Shown: positions 49,875-58,911 of the stretch, piece by piece | Layout: the number at the start of each line of letters is the position of its first letter | Numbering within the stretch: the stretch's first letter is position 1 | Origin: Phycisphaerae bacterium | GTDB taxonomy: Bacteria > Planctomycetota > Phycisphaerae > UBA1845 | Direction of reading: 5' to 3' | Assembly: GCA_963666835.2 (NCBI GenBank) | Contig: CAXXGO010000001.1 | Coordinates: forward strand, 1,056,001 to 1,120,000 | DNA length: 64,000 nt | Notes under the pieces: model-generated | The model's input: the letters and a program-made list of their open reading frames with translations, nothing else | What the model was told of the DNA's origin: nothing | Databases searched by the model: none | Program-made: the position numbers and the translations under genes

Positions 49875-52800
49875 ATGCCTCTGCGTGGTGGATCTTCGGA
49901 CAAGGCTGGCAATCGCTACGAGGCGATATGGACCGTTGTCTGCATGTCGCGCGTGCTGGGCGGAGAGTACGACTCGATCCGTCTTGAGCCGCCCGGGCCA
50001 GAAGGCGAAGGCGTCGAGTTTTGGCTGCGCCGCGGTGATTCGCGTGAGTATCACCAAGTGAAGCGTCAGGGCGCCAGACGTGGGCACTGGACACTTGGGG
50101 AGCTGAGGGATAACGGTGTTCTGACTGCGTTTCGGAAGCACCTCGCCAACAATACAGCAACATGCGTATTCGTATCGTCGCAGGATGCATTCGGTCTGCG
50201 TAATCTGGCGGAACGCGCGCGAGATGCAGCTGACCACGAGGAATTCAAAGACGAATTCGCTCAAGGTGAGTGGAATGAACGCTTCTCTGAGCTTCTGGCA
50301 CACTGGCCCGGATGCTCAAGCGCCGAAGGATTCTCGCTTCTCAAGCGGATACACGTACACACTATCGACGAGGAAATGCTTCGGTTGCATGCGGAGCTAA
50401 GGCTAGAGTCAGTCGTCGAGGGGGACACATGCGCTGCCACCGACGTTCTTTTCGTGCATGCGCTTGACTCCGTCCACAAGGAGCTTGATAGAGGGTGGAT
50501 TCTCAACCACTTGCAATGCCGCGGCTTCACTCAGCCGATCTGGGCGGCTCCAAAGGCGCTTTCCGAAGTCGTCGAGAAAGCGAATGAGCGATTCCTTGTG
50601 CGCCTCCGTGACGAGCTCATTCGAGGCGAGCTAATACAGCGCGGAGAGAGTGAGTGTGTGCTCGCAGCGCTTCAAGAGGGCTCCACAAAACGCGGTGCGA
50701 TCGTCACAGGCGGTGCCGGATCCGGTAAGAGCACTGTGTTGCTTCAAGTAATCGAGAGCCTTGAACAACAGAACATCCCTACGCTTGCGTTTCGCATCGA
50801 TAACCTCACCCCGACGCAGTCCCCAAACGAAGCGGGGCGCCAGATTGAACTGCCAAAATCCCCGGTAGCGACACTGGCCGCGATGGCCAATGGCAGACCT
50901 TGTGTTCTTATTCTGGATCAACTTGACGCGGTCAGCCTTATCTCCGGCCGGAATCCGACATTCTTCGAGTGCTTTGACGAGATGGTTCGTCAGGCACTCA
51001 TGCTGCCCGCGATGCGCCTGGTGATTGCGTGCCGCCGTTTCGACTTTGAGAATGATCACCGTCTGCGCCGCCTCGGAGGCCATGGCGATGTGTTCGAAAA
51101 CGTGGAGGTCGGGACGCTTTCGGGCGAGACGGTTCGGCACACCGTGAATGCACTCGGTATCGATCCTTCGCGAATCGGCGACAAACAGGTCGAGCTGCTG
51201 TCGGTACCCGCCCATCTGAAGCTCCTTTGCGAAGTCGCCCCGGGGAAAGGTGCGATCCTGGATTTCGATACCGCTAACGAGCTGTACGGCCTGTACTGGG
51301 AGCGCAAGGACCGGCTGCTCCGCGCAAAGCTCGGGTCGACGGTCACGTGGTTGCCAGTCATCGATCGGTTGTGCGAATACATGAGCAACAGACAAGCGCT
51401 GTCCGCACCAGCGATCAATCTCGATGATGTGGCCGCGATCCGCGACGCTCTCTTGTCGGAGCATGTGCTTGTACAAGACGGGGCGCGGGTCAATTTCTTC
51501 CACGAGGGGTTCTTCGACTACGCCTTTGCCCGCCGGTTCGCAGCCACCGACGGCGATCTGATGGGGCTGCTCCGCTCTGACGAGCAGCACCTCTTCCGCC
51601 GTGCCCAGGTTCGTCAGATCCTGCTTCACCAGCGTGAGATCGACCGGCCACTCTACGCTAAGAACGTTAACACCCTCCTGACCTCTGCGGATATCCGGTT
51701 CCACATCAAGCAACTCGTATTCGCCCTGCTTGCACAGTTCACTGACCCGACCGAAGCGGAATGGCGGATCCTGGAGGAGTTGCTTCGAGACTCAGACTAC
51801 TCGAATCGCGATCAGATCTGGTTTGCGACGCGGACGCTTCCGTGGTTCAGACTTCTGGACTCGCTTCATGTCGTCGAGAATTGGCTCAAGCAGAACGATT
51901 CCGACAGGGTCGACCGAGCTGTAACGTTGTTACACGGCGTCCAGCGCGACGCTGCCGATCGAGTTGCGGAGTTGGTCGAACCGTACGTCGGAACTTCGCC
52001 CGAATGGCGCAACCGGTATCGTTACCTCGTTCAGTGGGCGGATCTCCAGGCTGGACGCCGGTTCTTCGAACTGTTCCTGCGACTCCTCGACTACGGTGAT
52101 CTGGATGGCATAGGGGGGGCTCGCGAGGGAGATCTTCTGAGTATCCTGTACGAACTCTCCAAAAGTCGCGCGGACTGGGCCTGCGAGGCAATTGGGCATT
52201 ATCTGGCGCGATGCATGAGGGTGTCTCTAGACTCCGGTGAGACGAATCCGTTTAAAGCAAAGGGCGGGTCGCGCTACAGTCACTCGTCGGACCGCGTCCT
52301 GATCGGTTCGGCCGAGCGAGCGCCCAGCGCGTTTATCGAGCACGTTCTCCCATTCGTGCTTCGCGTGATCGAACTGAATGCCAGCCAAGAAGGCGAGAAA
52401 CCGTGGGAGGACACCGTCTGGCGTTGGCGGTTCCAGGACTGGGGCCACGGCATCGATGATCACCTGCTTCGTGCCACCGATGAAGCGCTGAGCAAGTTAG
52501 CACGCGAAGCTCCTAACTCCTTCGAGCGCATCGCGCGCCCGCTGCGGAAGTCTGAATACGAAACCGTGCAGTTCTTGCTCATGCGGGCTTACGCTGCGAC
52601 CGGGGAGAGGTTTGCCGACGAAGCGATCGATTACCTATGCGAGCACGCGCGACGTCTGCGCTGCGGATACTTTGACGCGGGCCTCTCACATCGTGCTTCC
52701 CGTGATCTCATCCAGGCCGCGACGCCGCACTGCTCGACTGAACGGCTCGCAAACCTGGAGGCGATCCTCCTTGGGTACTACACCAACGGGGAGCAGACTG

Positions 52801-54371
52801 CCGACGGTCGGCAACGTCGCGGGGAGACGCAATTCGACCTGCTACTTGCGATCGATCACACGCGCCGTAGTGCAAGCGTTCAAGCGCGGATTGGCGAGTG
52901 GCAGCGGAAGTTCTGCAGGAAAGCGCCAGCACAGCCCGCGCGAAGTGGCATGTGCTTCGTCGGCTCCCCGATATCCGCGAAGGCCGTCGAGAAGATGAAC
53001 GATGAGCAATGGCTCGGCGCTCTCGCGCGTTATTCGAGTCGAGAATTAGAGTGGCGCGACGGCGCGCCGGTCGGCGGTCCGCATGAACTTGGTCAGATGT
53101 TGGAGGCGCAGGTCAAGAAAGACCCCGCCCGCTTCGCCCGCCTCGTCCTCAGCTTCCCTGACGGAACCAATCCCGCGTATTTCCAAGCCGTACTACGCGG
53201 GCTCGGCTCCAGTACGGAAAACGCCCAGGGCATCTTTGAAGCTTGCCGGCACTGTTATCGGCTAGCGAATCGACCGGCGGGTTTGGAGTTCTGTCGCCTC
53301 GCGGAGAAGATTCCAGAGTTGCCGTGGCCGGAAGACCTGCTCGGCGCGATCGCGTGGTATGCGACGGAAGACCCCGATCCTGACCATGAATCTTGGCGGA
53401 CCGAAGCATCAGGTGGGCGGTGTTACTATGGAGGAGACATCTACACAGCCGGGATCAACTGTGTGCGAGGCACGGCGGCAGGCGCTTTGAGGGCGTTGCT
53501 CTCCGCCGACACTGGACGACTTCCACGCTTCCTGCCCACACTCAGGAGAATGGTGCGGGATCCATCAATCGCAGTGCGATCTTGCGTTGCCACCACACTT
53601 CTTCCCGTTCTGAGTCTTGATCGTGACCTCGCCGTGGCGTTGTTCTCGGAACTCTGCGAAACCGAAGATGTCCTGTTGAAGACGCACTACATGGAGAAGT
53701 TCATGCGGTATGCGACGGCTACTCATTTCGAACAGCTTCGACCGCATGTGGAGCGCATGCTGTGTTCCAGTGACTCCGAGGTTGCACAGGTGGGTGCAAG
53801 GCGAGCATGTATCGCATCGTTTGATCGGGAAGACGTGGCTGAACTGAGGGACAAGTGCGTGAGCGGTTCAGAGTCGTTGCGCTTGGGGGCCGCTCAGGTG
53901 TTTGCCGCAAACGTCGGTGATGCACGGTTCTGTTCGGTTTGTGAGGCCGAACTACTACGGTTTTTCGATGATCCCAGCGACAAGGTTAGGGATTCGGCAG
54001 CCGCGTGCTTCGACCATCTTGACAACGACGCTCTTGGCCACGTACCGGGGCTCATGGTGGGATTCCAGAGTAGCGCCGCATTCGAAGCGTACCATGAGCA
54101 TTTGATCCGAGCGCTGGAAGAGACGACAGCACAGCTTCCCGATGTGACGATCTCCGTCTGCGAACGGTTCATCGAGATTGCTGGATCGGCCGCTGGCGAC
54201 ATGCGAACGCGTGCAGCGAGCGACGCACACCGTCTCAGCGATCTCATCATTCGCGCATATCACCAAGCGGGCGATGGAGCCGTCCGCGAGCGTTGTCTGG
54301 ACACGATCGACAACCTGCTTCGAGTGGGGGCAACGGGACTGCAGGAGGCCCTCAGTGAATTCGAGCGCTGA
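49875..54371 (+). CDS. STAND NTPase with N-terminal PD-(D/E)xK-like nuclease and long helical-repeat C-terminus (Avs/NLR-like)
   Basis: GNRYE..E..GVEF..YHQVK N-domain; Walker A GGAGSGKST; Walker B LILDQLD; ACRRFD; FFHEGFFDY; HEAT-like DPSIAVR and DPSDKVR. Confidence 0.85.
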   Translation: MPLRGGSSDKAGNRYEAIWTVVCMSRVLGGEYDSIRLEPPGPEGEGVEFWLRRGDSREYHQVKRQGARRGHWTLGELRDNGVLTAFRKHLANNTATCVFVSSQDAFGLRNLAERARDAADHEEFKDEFAQGEWNERFSELLAHWPGCSSAEGFSLLKRIHVHTIDEEMLRLHAELRLESVVEGDTCAATDVLFVHALDSVHKELDRGWILNHLQCRGFTQPIWAAPKALSEVVEKANERFLVRLRDELIRGELIQRGESECVLAALQEGSTKRGAIVTGGAGSGKSTVLLQVIESLEQQNIPTLAFRIDNLTPTQSPNEAGRQIELPKSPVATLAAMANGRPCVLILDQLDAVSLISGRNPTFFECFDEMVRQALMLPAMRLVIACRRFDFENDHRLRRLGGHGDVFENVEVGTLSGETVRHTVNALGIDPSRIGDKQVELLSVPAHLKLLCEVAPGKGAILDFDTANELYGLYWERKDRLLRAKLGSTVTWLPVIDRLCEYMSNRQALSAPAINLDDVAAIRDALLSEHVLVQDGARVNFFHEGFFDYAFARRFAATDGDLMGLLRSDEQHLFRRAQVRQILLHQREIDRPLYAKNVNTLLTSADIRFHIKQLVFALLAQFTDPTEAEWRILEELLRDSDYSNRDQIWFATRTLPWFRLLDSLHVVENWLKQNDSDRVDRAVTLLHGVQRDAADRVAELVEPYVGTSPEWRNRYRYLVQWADLQAGRRFFELFLRLLDYGDLDGIGGAREGDLLSILYELSKSRADWACEAIGHYLARCMRVSLDSGETNPFKAKGGSRYSHSSDRVLIGSAERAPSAFIEHVLPFVLRVIELNASQEGEKPWEDTVWRWRFQDWGHGIDDHLLRATDEALSKLAREAPNSFERIARPLRKSEYETVQFLLMRAYAATGERFADEAIDYLCEHARRLRCGYFDAGLSHRASRDLIQAATPHCSTERLANLEAILLGYYTNGEQTADGRQRRGETQFDLLLAIDHTRRSASVQARIGEWQRKFCRKAPAQPARSGMCFVGSPISAKAVEKMNDEQWLGALARYSSRELEWRDGAPVGGPHELGQMLEAQVKKDPARFARLVLSFPDGTNPAYFQAVLRGLGSSTENAQGIFEACRHCYRLANRPAGLEFCRLAEKIPELPWPEDLLGAIAWYATEDPDPDHESWRTEASGGRCYYGGDIYTAGINCVRGTAAGALRALLSADTGRLPRFLPTLRRMVRDPSIAVRSCVATTLLPVLSLDRDLAVALFSELCETEDVLLKTHYMEKFMRYATATHFEQLRPHVERMLCSSDSEVAQVGARRACIASFDREDVAELRDKCVSGSESLRLGAAQVFAANVGDARFCSVCEAELLRFFDDPSDKVRDSAAACFDHLDNDALGHVPGLMVGFQSSAAFEAYHEHLIRALEETTAQLPDVTISVCERFIEIAGSAAGDMRTRAASDAHRLSDLIIRAYHQAGDGAVRERCLDTIDNLLRVGATGLQEALSEFER

Positions 54372-54488
54372 GTTACGTCACGCGAGCAACTTAGACTCCA
54401 AGCAATTGGTTGCCCCCAAACCCCCGGCGGGAATCGAGATCTAACTGACCAGTACTCCAGAACATGCTCCACAGAGGCTGACAATACG

Positions 54489-54531
54489 GGGACAATACAG
54501 GGGTAAGGGACCCGTACCTGTTGATTGTCCC
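54489..54531. repeat. Imperfect hairpin between convergent genes
   Basis: GGGACAATACAGG..CCTGTTGATTGTCCC, preceded by a tandem GACAATAC. Confidence 0.45.
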
Positions 54532-54641
54532 TGCAGGTCTTGTTCCTCGACACTGCGCTACACAAGCCGACGCTGGTCTACAAAGTCTCGAATACGGTAC
54601 GAGCGCGGCTGACGAGACCGTAACGCGAATCCCCGCCGGCC

Positions 54642-55061
54642 TCATTCCCCAATGATCTTCACCAGGACGCGTTTGCGACGGCGGCCGTCGAACTCGCCGT
54701 AGAAGATCTGTTCCCACGGGCCGAAATCCAGCGCGCCCTTCGTCACGGCCACGACGACCTCGCGCCCCATTATCTGCCGCTTGAGGTGGGCGTCGCCGTT
54801 GTCTTCACCGGTGCGGTTGTGGCGATAATGGTCGATCGGCTCGTGCGGGGCGAGTTGCTCGAGCCAGTCTTCGTAATCCTGGTGCAAGCCGCCTTCATCG
54901 TCGTTGATGAAGACGCTGGCCGTGATGTGCATGGCGTTGACCAGGCAGAGCCCCTCGCGAATGCCGCTTTCGTGCAGCACCTCCTCTACCTTCGGCGTTA
55001 TGTTGATAAAAGCGCGGCGGGTCGGAATGTCGAACCACAATTCTCGGCGAGACGATTTCAT
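54642..55061 (-). CDS. yjbQ: YjbQ/UPF0047 secondary thiamine-phosphate synthase family
   Basis: [37 protein letters not shown]. Confidence 0.93.
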   Translation of the reverse strand: MKSSRRELWFDIPTRRAFINITPKVEEVLHESGIREGLCLVNAMHITASVFINDDEGGLHQDYEDWLEQLAPHEPIDHYRHNRTGEDNGDAHLKRQIMGREVVVAVTKGALDFGPWEQIFYGEFDGRRRKRVLVKIIGE

Positions 55062-55270
55062 TTTGAGGCCTTTCGTAAGCGGGCTACACCATTGTAAGAC
55101 CGCACCAGGAATTCACGTGGTGCCGCCACGAGTCCCGGCCGCCGGTACTCCGGGATATTGCAGCCCCGATCGAATAAACGCAACCCCGCCGGGATTTAAG
55201 CGCCCGGCGCACCGCGATTGGTCTGTGACGCGGCATGATGTCGACATGTCTTCGAGCGACGTCTGCCGTT

Positions 55271-55769
55271 GCGGCAGGTCTCGTTCCTCGACCGTGCCCT
55301 ACACCTGCCGGGTGCCATGGCTCACGCTTGCGTGGTCATGATGGTCTGCAGGGTCGGCGGCGCGTAAGGGTATCAATCTCGTCAGGCGGCCACGCGGTAA
55401 ACCATCCCGCAGGGACGTAAGGCAAGTAGCCACGGGTGGAGCGCAGCGGAACCCGTGGGTGGAATCCACCCCCACGCACTCCCGTCCCGAAGGGCCGGCG
55501 GATTACATTAGCATGAGAACCCGACCCAGAATAAGTCGCATAGAACCTGTGTTGCCCCGGAACCTGCACAGGTCACAGAAACCCGGCTCCGTTGTTCAAC
55601 CCACTTCGGGGTTGGTGCAAAAAGGAGCTCTGTGACCCAGGGTGGCACTTCGCGGCTACGCCGCTTCGTTTACCCTGGGCTCTGTTGTGAAACGCCTTCG
55701 GCGTAAGTGCGGAAGACGCGCGGCGTGCAAAGACCGCGGCAGGTCTCGTTCCTCGACCGTGCCCTACAC
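55271..55769. repeat. REP/MITE-like mosaic bounded by an exact 34-bp direct repeat
   Basis: GCGGCAGGTCTCGTTCCTCGACCGTGCCCTACAC at 55271-55304 and 55736-55769; internal hairpins CCACGGGT..ACCCGTGG, CCCAGGGT..ACCCTGGG, ACGCCTTCGGCGT. Confidence 0.8.
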
Positions 55770-55895
55770 GCGTTGCCGACGGGGGGCATGCGAAAACACC
55801 GCCTGCGTGCATGGCAGAGGCGGGGCGGAGCCTCTGCGCGGGGAGCGCGTCCGCCCTGCGACCGGGGTCCCATCCGCCGCGTAACGACAGACTCA

Positions 55896-56333
55896 TTATG
55901 GTGACCCCTCAAACCCGTCCACAAGCCAGAGGTGCGACCCGCAACCTGCCCGACAATCGGAGGATCCGAAACCCCCCGCGACGCAGCGCGCTTGCGCTGC
56001 GATGGCTTGATTCAATTCACATTCCGCTTCTGGGTCGAACGACGCCAATGCCACGCGTACGATCCGGGTCTGTTGATGGGCGAGTAGGTAGTCGATGTGC
56101 CAGTGCACTTTGCGCGCCCCGCTGACGTGCCGAGATACGCGCGCCGGTAAAGCGCGTGAGGCCCGTCCGGTGTACACGTACGTGCCGGCCGGAAACAGGA
56201 ATCGACCCAGCCGGCCAATGGTGATACGAGCGTTTCGCGGCAGGCGGATCCACAACTGATACACGCCGGCGTCGGGCCAGTCCTTCAGTGGCGGATCGAA
56301 ACCCACCCGCGCCGATGTAAACGATCGGGCCAT
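55896..56333 (-). CDS. DUF123 / GIY-YIG (Uri) superfamily nuclease
   Basis: GVYQL..GTYVYTGRA..RVSRH..HWHIDYLL..ECEL..GFGSSDC..CGSHL. Confidence 0.9.
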   Translation of the reverse strand: MARSFTSARVGFDPPLKDWPDAGVYQLWIRLPRNARITIGRLGRFLFPAGTYVYTGRASRALPARVSRHVSGARKVHWHIDYLLAHQQTRIVRVALASFDPEAECELNQAIAAQARCVAGGFGSSDCRAGCGSHLWLVDGFEGSP

Positions 56334-56416
56334 TCGTTACCCGTCCTCGCTTTGCATCGTCGGGTCAATCCGGCAGCCGGCATGCCAGGACCTATCCCGA
56401 GTGTGATTACGCTCAA

Positions 56417-57223
56417 TCATGGCCCTACATCTGTCAGAACGGCGTATTCCTCAGGTCGCCGGTCGTTCAAGACGTGGTTTCGCGGCGTGATCATCTTGTT
56501 CCTCGCCAGGTCGATGTCCACCTCGACGATACCCACCTGCGGGTCGACGCCCGACGCTCGAGCTACTACGTTACCTTTGGGGTCCGCTACTATCGACTGA
56601 CCAGTAAACGTCAGATCGCCCTCCTGTCCGACTCGGTTTGCGGTGACTACGAAGATCCGATTCATAACGGCATGAGCCGGAACGCCCCGTTGGGCTAAGT
56701 CTGGGAGCACAAGGTTGGCCGGGTGGCAGACGATGTCCGCACCCCGAAGGGCCAGTACCCGCCATGCTTCCGGGAAGATCCAGTCGAAACAGATCAGCAT
56801 GCCGACCTTACACCCGCCGAGATCAAACACCGGCAAGCCCAGATTGCCCGGCTCGAAGTAGTCCTTCTCGTTCATGAACAGATGAAGCTTGCGATACTTG
56901 CCGATAAAGCCCTCCGGACCGACCAGCACCGCGGTGTTGTAAAGGCGGCCGTCCTGCCCGTCCCGTTCGTTCATCCCGGCCACGATGTATTGATGATGAC
57001 GCTTGCTCAGCGATAGAAGGTACTGAGCGAAAACGCCGTCTTGGGCGTCTTCGGCCGTGCGCCGGGCCTGCTCGATGGAGGTGAAATCGTAGCCGGAGTT
57101 GCAGAGTTCGGGAAGCACCACGAGATCGGCGGTCTTGAACTCATCGCCCATTAAGTCTAGTTTGCGGAGGGTGGCCGCAAGGTCATTCAGAACCGGCGAG
57201 AACTGGACGAAACCGATCTTCAT
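56417..57223 (-). CDS. Nitrilase / carbon-nitrogen hydrolase family
   Basis: E-K-C triad motifs VLPELC, YRKLHL, ICFDWIFPE. Confidence 0.93.
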   Translation of the reverse strand: MKIGFVQFSPVLNDLAATLRKLDLMGDEFKTADLVVLPELCNSGYDFTSIEQARRTAEDAQDGVFAQYLLSLSKRHHQYIVAGMNERDGQDGRLYNTAVLVGPEGFIGKYRKLHLFMNEKDYFEPGNLGLPVFDLGGCKVGMLICFDWIFPEAWRVLALRGADIVCHPANLVLPDLAQRGVPAHAVMNRIFVVTANRVGQEGDLTFTGQSIVADPKGNVVARASGVDPQVGIVEVDIDLARNKMITPRNHVLNDRRPEEYAVLTDVGP

Positions 57224-57484
57224 CAGAACTACCTCCGCTCACGCTACGATCTCAATGCCATGATGTTACCGCGATTCGCGCGGTGCGCACAGGTAACTTG
57301 GTCGGAGTTGCCGAAGGTGTACTACTGGGGACCTGAGATGAACAGCGCGGCGGTTTCCTCCACGATGATCCGCAGGTGCCGGGTCGACAAAGTGTGGGCA
57401 ATCGCCGGAAAGTCCGGGCGCCGCGCGGCGAGGCTGAGTATGGCGACCTCGATGTCAGCGTAACGGGCCTCTCTCAGGACGGGC

Positions 57485-58786
57485 TCACTCCGTTGTCGCG
57501 TCGTGCCGGCGGAGGATCTCAATAGCGCGGTTGTAGGCGCGCGTCCACCAGCTCTGAATCGCGTCCTTTCCCTCGCGAGCGACGGCGCGCCGATCAAGCC
57601 GTATCGGCACGTCGGGTTTTATGCCGAGATACTGGCACGAGCGCCCGTCAAGTCGATAGAACGGTAGGATGCTGTATTTAATGCTGAGCCCGCCGCTCAG
57701 CATTATCTTGTTAGTTCCGGCTCCACCACCGGCTGTGCGCTCACCGATCAACACCGAATCGCGCAACTCCTGGAGCGCTATAGCCAGTACTTCGCCGCCA
57801 CTGACCGTTCGGTACGATATAAGTACGGCGAGTGGCTTCCGATAGACGGCGCCCCGGCTCTGGGCCCAGGCGGCGCCGGTGTAGTCAATCGGTAACAGTC
57901 CGGAGAGTGTCATCCGGTCGGCACGACGTAGCAAACCGACGAACGGTTTGACCCCGTCCACGAAACGCCCCAAGATGTCTTCAACCACATCGAAGCAACC
58001 GCCGCTGTTGTTAGTCAAATCAAGGACTAAGGCGTCCGTGTCCATAAGGTCGTCCAGCGCCCGATCGAAAGCTGCCGTGGTCTTGGCATCATCGACGTTG
58101 TTCAGGTAGATATACCCGATCTTGCCGTCCTTTCTTCGGCGATAACTGACTCCCGCATCCTCATCTTCCTCCTTCTCACTCTCGTCTGTCGCCGGCGCCT
58201 CCGGGCAGCGCACTCTGACGATTCGCTCGGTATAGTCGATGAGCAACAGCTTCAGCTCCACCACATCTCCTTCCGTGCAGACGAACGGAAGAGGGCCGAG
58301 GCCCACCACAGGTACGCCGTCCATGGCGAGCAGTTCGTACATCTGCTGCTCGGGCAAGGCGGGATCGTTCTCGCCGGTTATGAGATTGTTGTGATCAAGA
58401 CTGATCCAGACGGATCCTCCCGCCGCGGTCCCATCGGAGAACGGTGATGAGACCGGCTGCCCGGTAACGCCCTCGTACCACGCGGAGAGATCGACGAACT
58501 GTACATGGGGGTCATTCAACTCCGCCAAGAATCTACCCATGGCGATAAGGTACTCGCGCGGGGTCTGCGCGGAGACTACATTCGGGCGGTGTTTCTTGCG
58601 GAACTCGTAGGGATTCCCCGGTCCTTCGTACAAGAGCCTGCCGAAGTACGCATAGTCCCTTCGAAGCGTGGACCACAATTGGTCGAAACTGCGTGCCCGG
58701 GTCCATCCATTCACCTTGGGGGCTGTGCTGCAGCCGCCCAGCAAGTACGTCATCAGCAGTACGACAACGAGGCGACGGAGCGCCAT
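57485..58786 (-). CDS. S41 family peptidase, lipoprotein
   Basis: LGGC lipobox; LNDPH, IGYIYL, LVLDLTNNSGG, TVSGGEVL, IGERTAG, GIKPD. Confidence 0.88.
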   Translation of the reverse strand: MALRRLVVVLLMTYLLGGCSTAPKVNGWTRARSFDQLWSTLRRDYAYFGRLLYEGPGNPYEFRKKHRPNVVSAQTPREYLIAMGRFLAELNDPHVQFVDLSAWYEGVTGQPVSSPFSDGTAAGGSVWISLDHNNLITGENDPALPEQQMYELLAMDGVPVVGLGPLPFVCTEGDVVELKLLLIDYTERIVRVRCPEAPATDESEKEEDEDAGVSYRRRKDGKIGYIYLNNVDDAKTTAAFDRALDDLMDTDALVLDLTNNSGGCFDVVEDILGRFVDGVKPFVGLLRRADRMTLSGLLPIDYTGAAWAQSRGAVYRKPLAVLISYRTVSGGEVLAIALQELRDSVLIGERTAGGGAGTNKIMLSGGLSIKYSILPFYRLDGRSCQYLGIKPDVPIRLDRRAVAREGKDAIQSWWTRAYNRAIEILRRHDATTE

Positions 58787-58911
58787 ACGAGTCCTCCTTG
58801 AAAGGACGGAACGGTTCGTAGTTGCTTGTCCATTCAGAAAACGAGTGGCGCGGCAGAAGGACGGGCCGTAGCCCGGCCGTCGCGGTACGCTTGAGCAACG
58901 CGTGTTATATG

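Noticed and set aside
55271..55769. CRISPR array suggested by the 34-bp repeat
   Set aside because: Only two copies, 465 bp apart, and no cas genes
54642..57223. yjbQ, DUF123 nuclease and nitrilase as partners of the STAND gene in a defence island
   Set aside because: Opposite strand, separated by repeats, and all are common stand-alone families
57240..57484. Short ORFs between the nitrilase and the S41 peptidase
   Set aside because: No RBS or recognisable motif; cannot be supported
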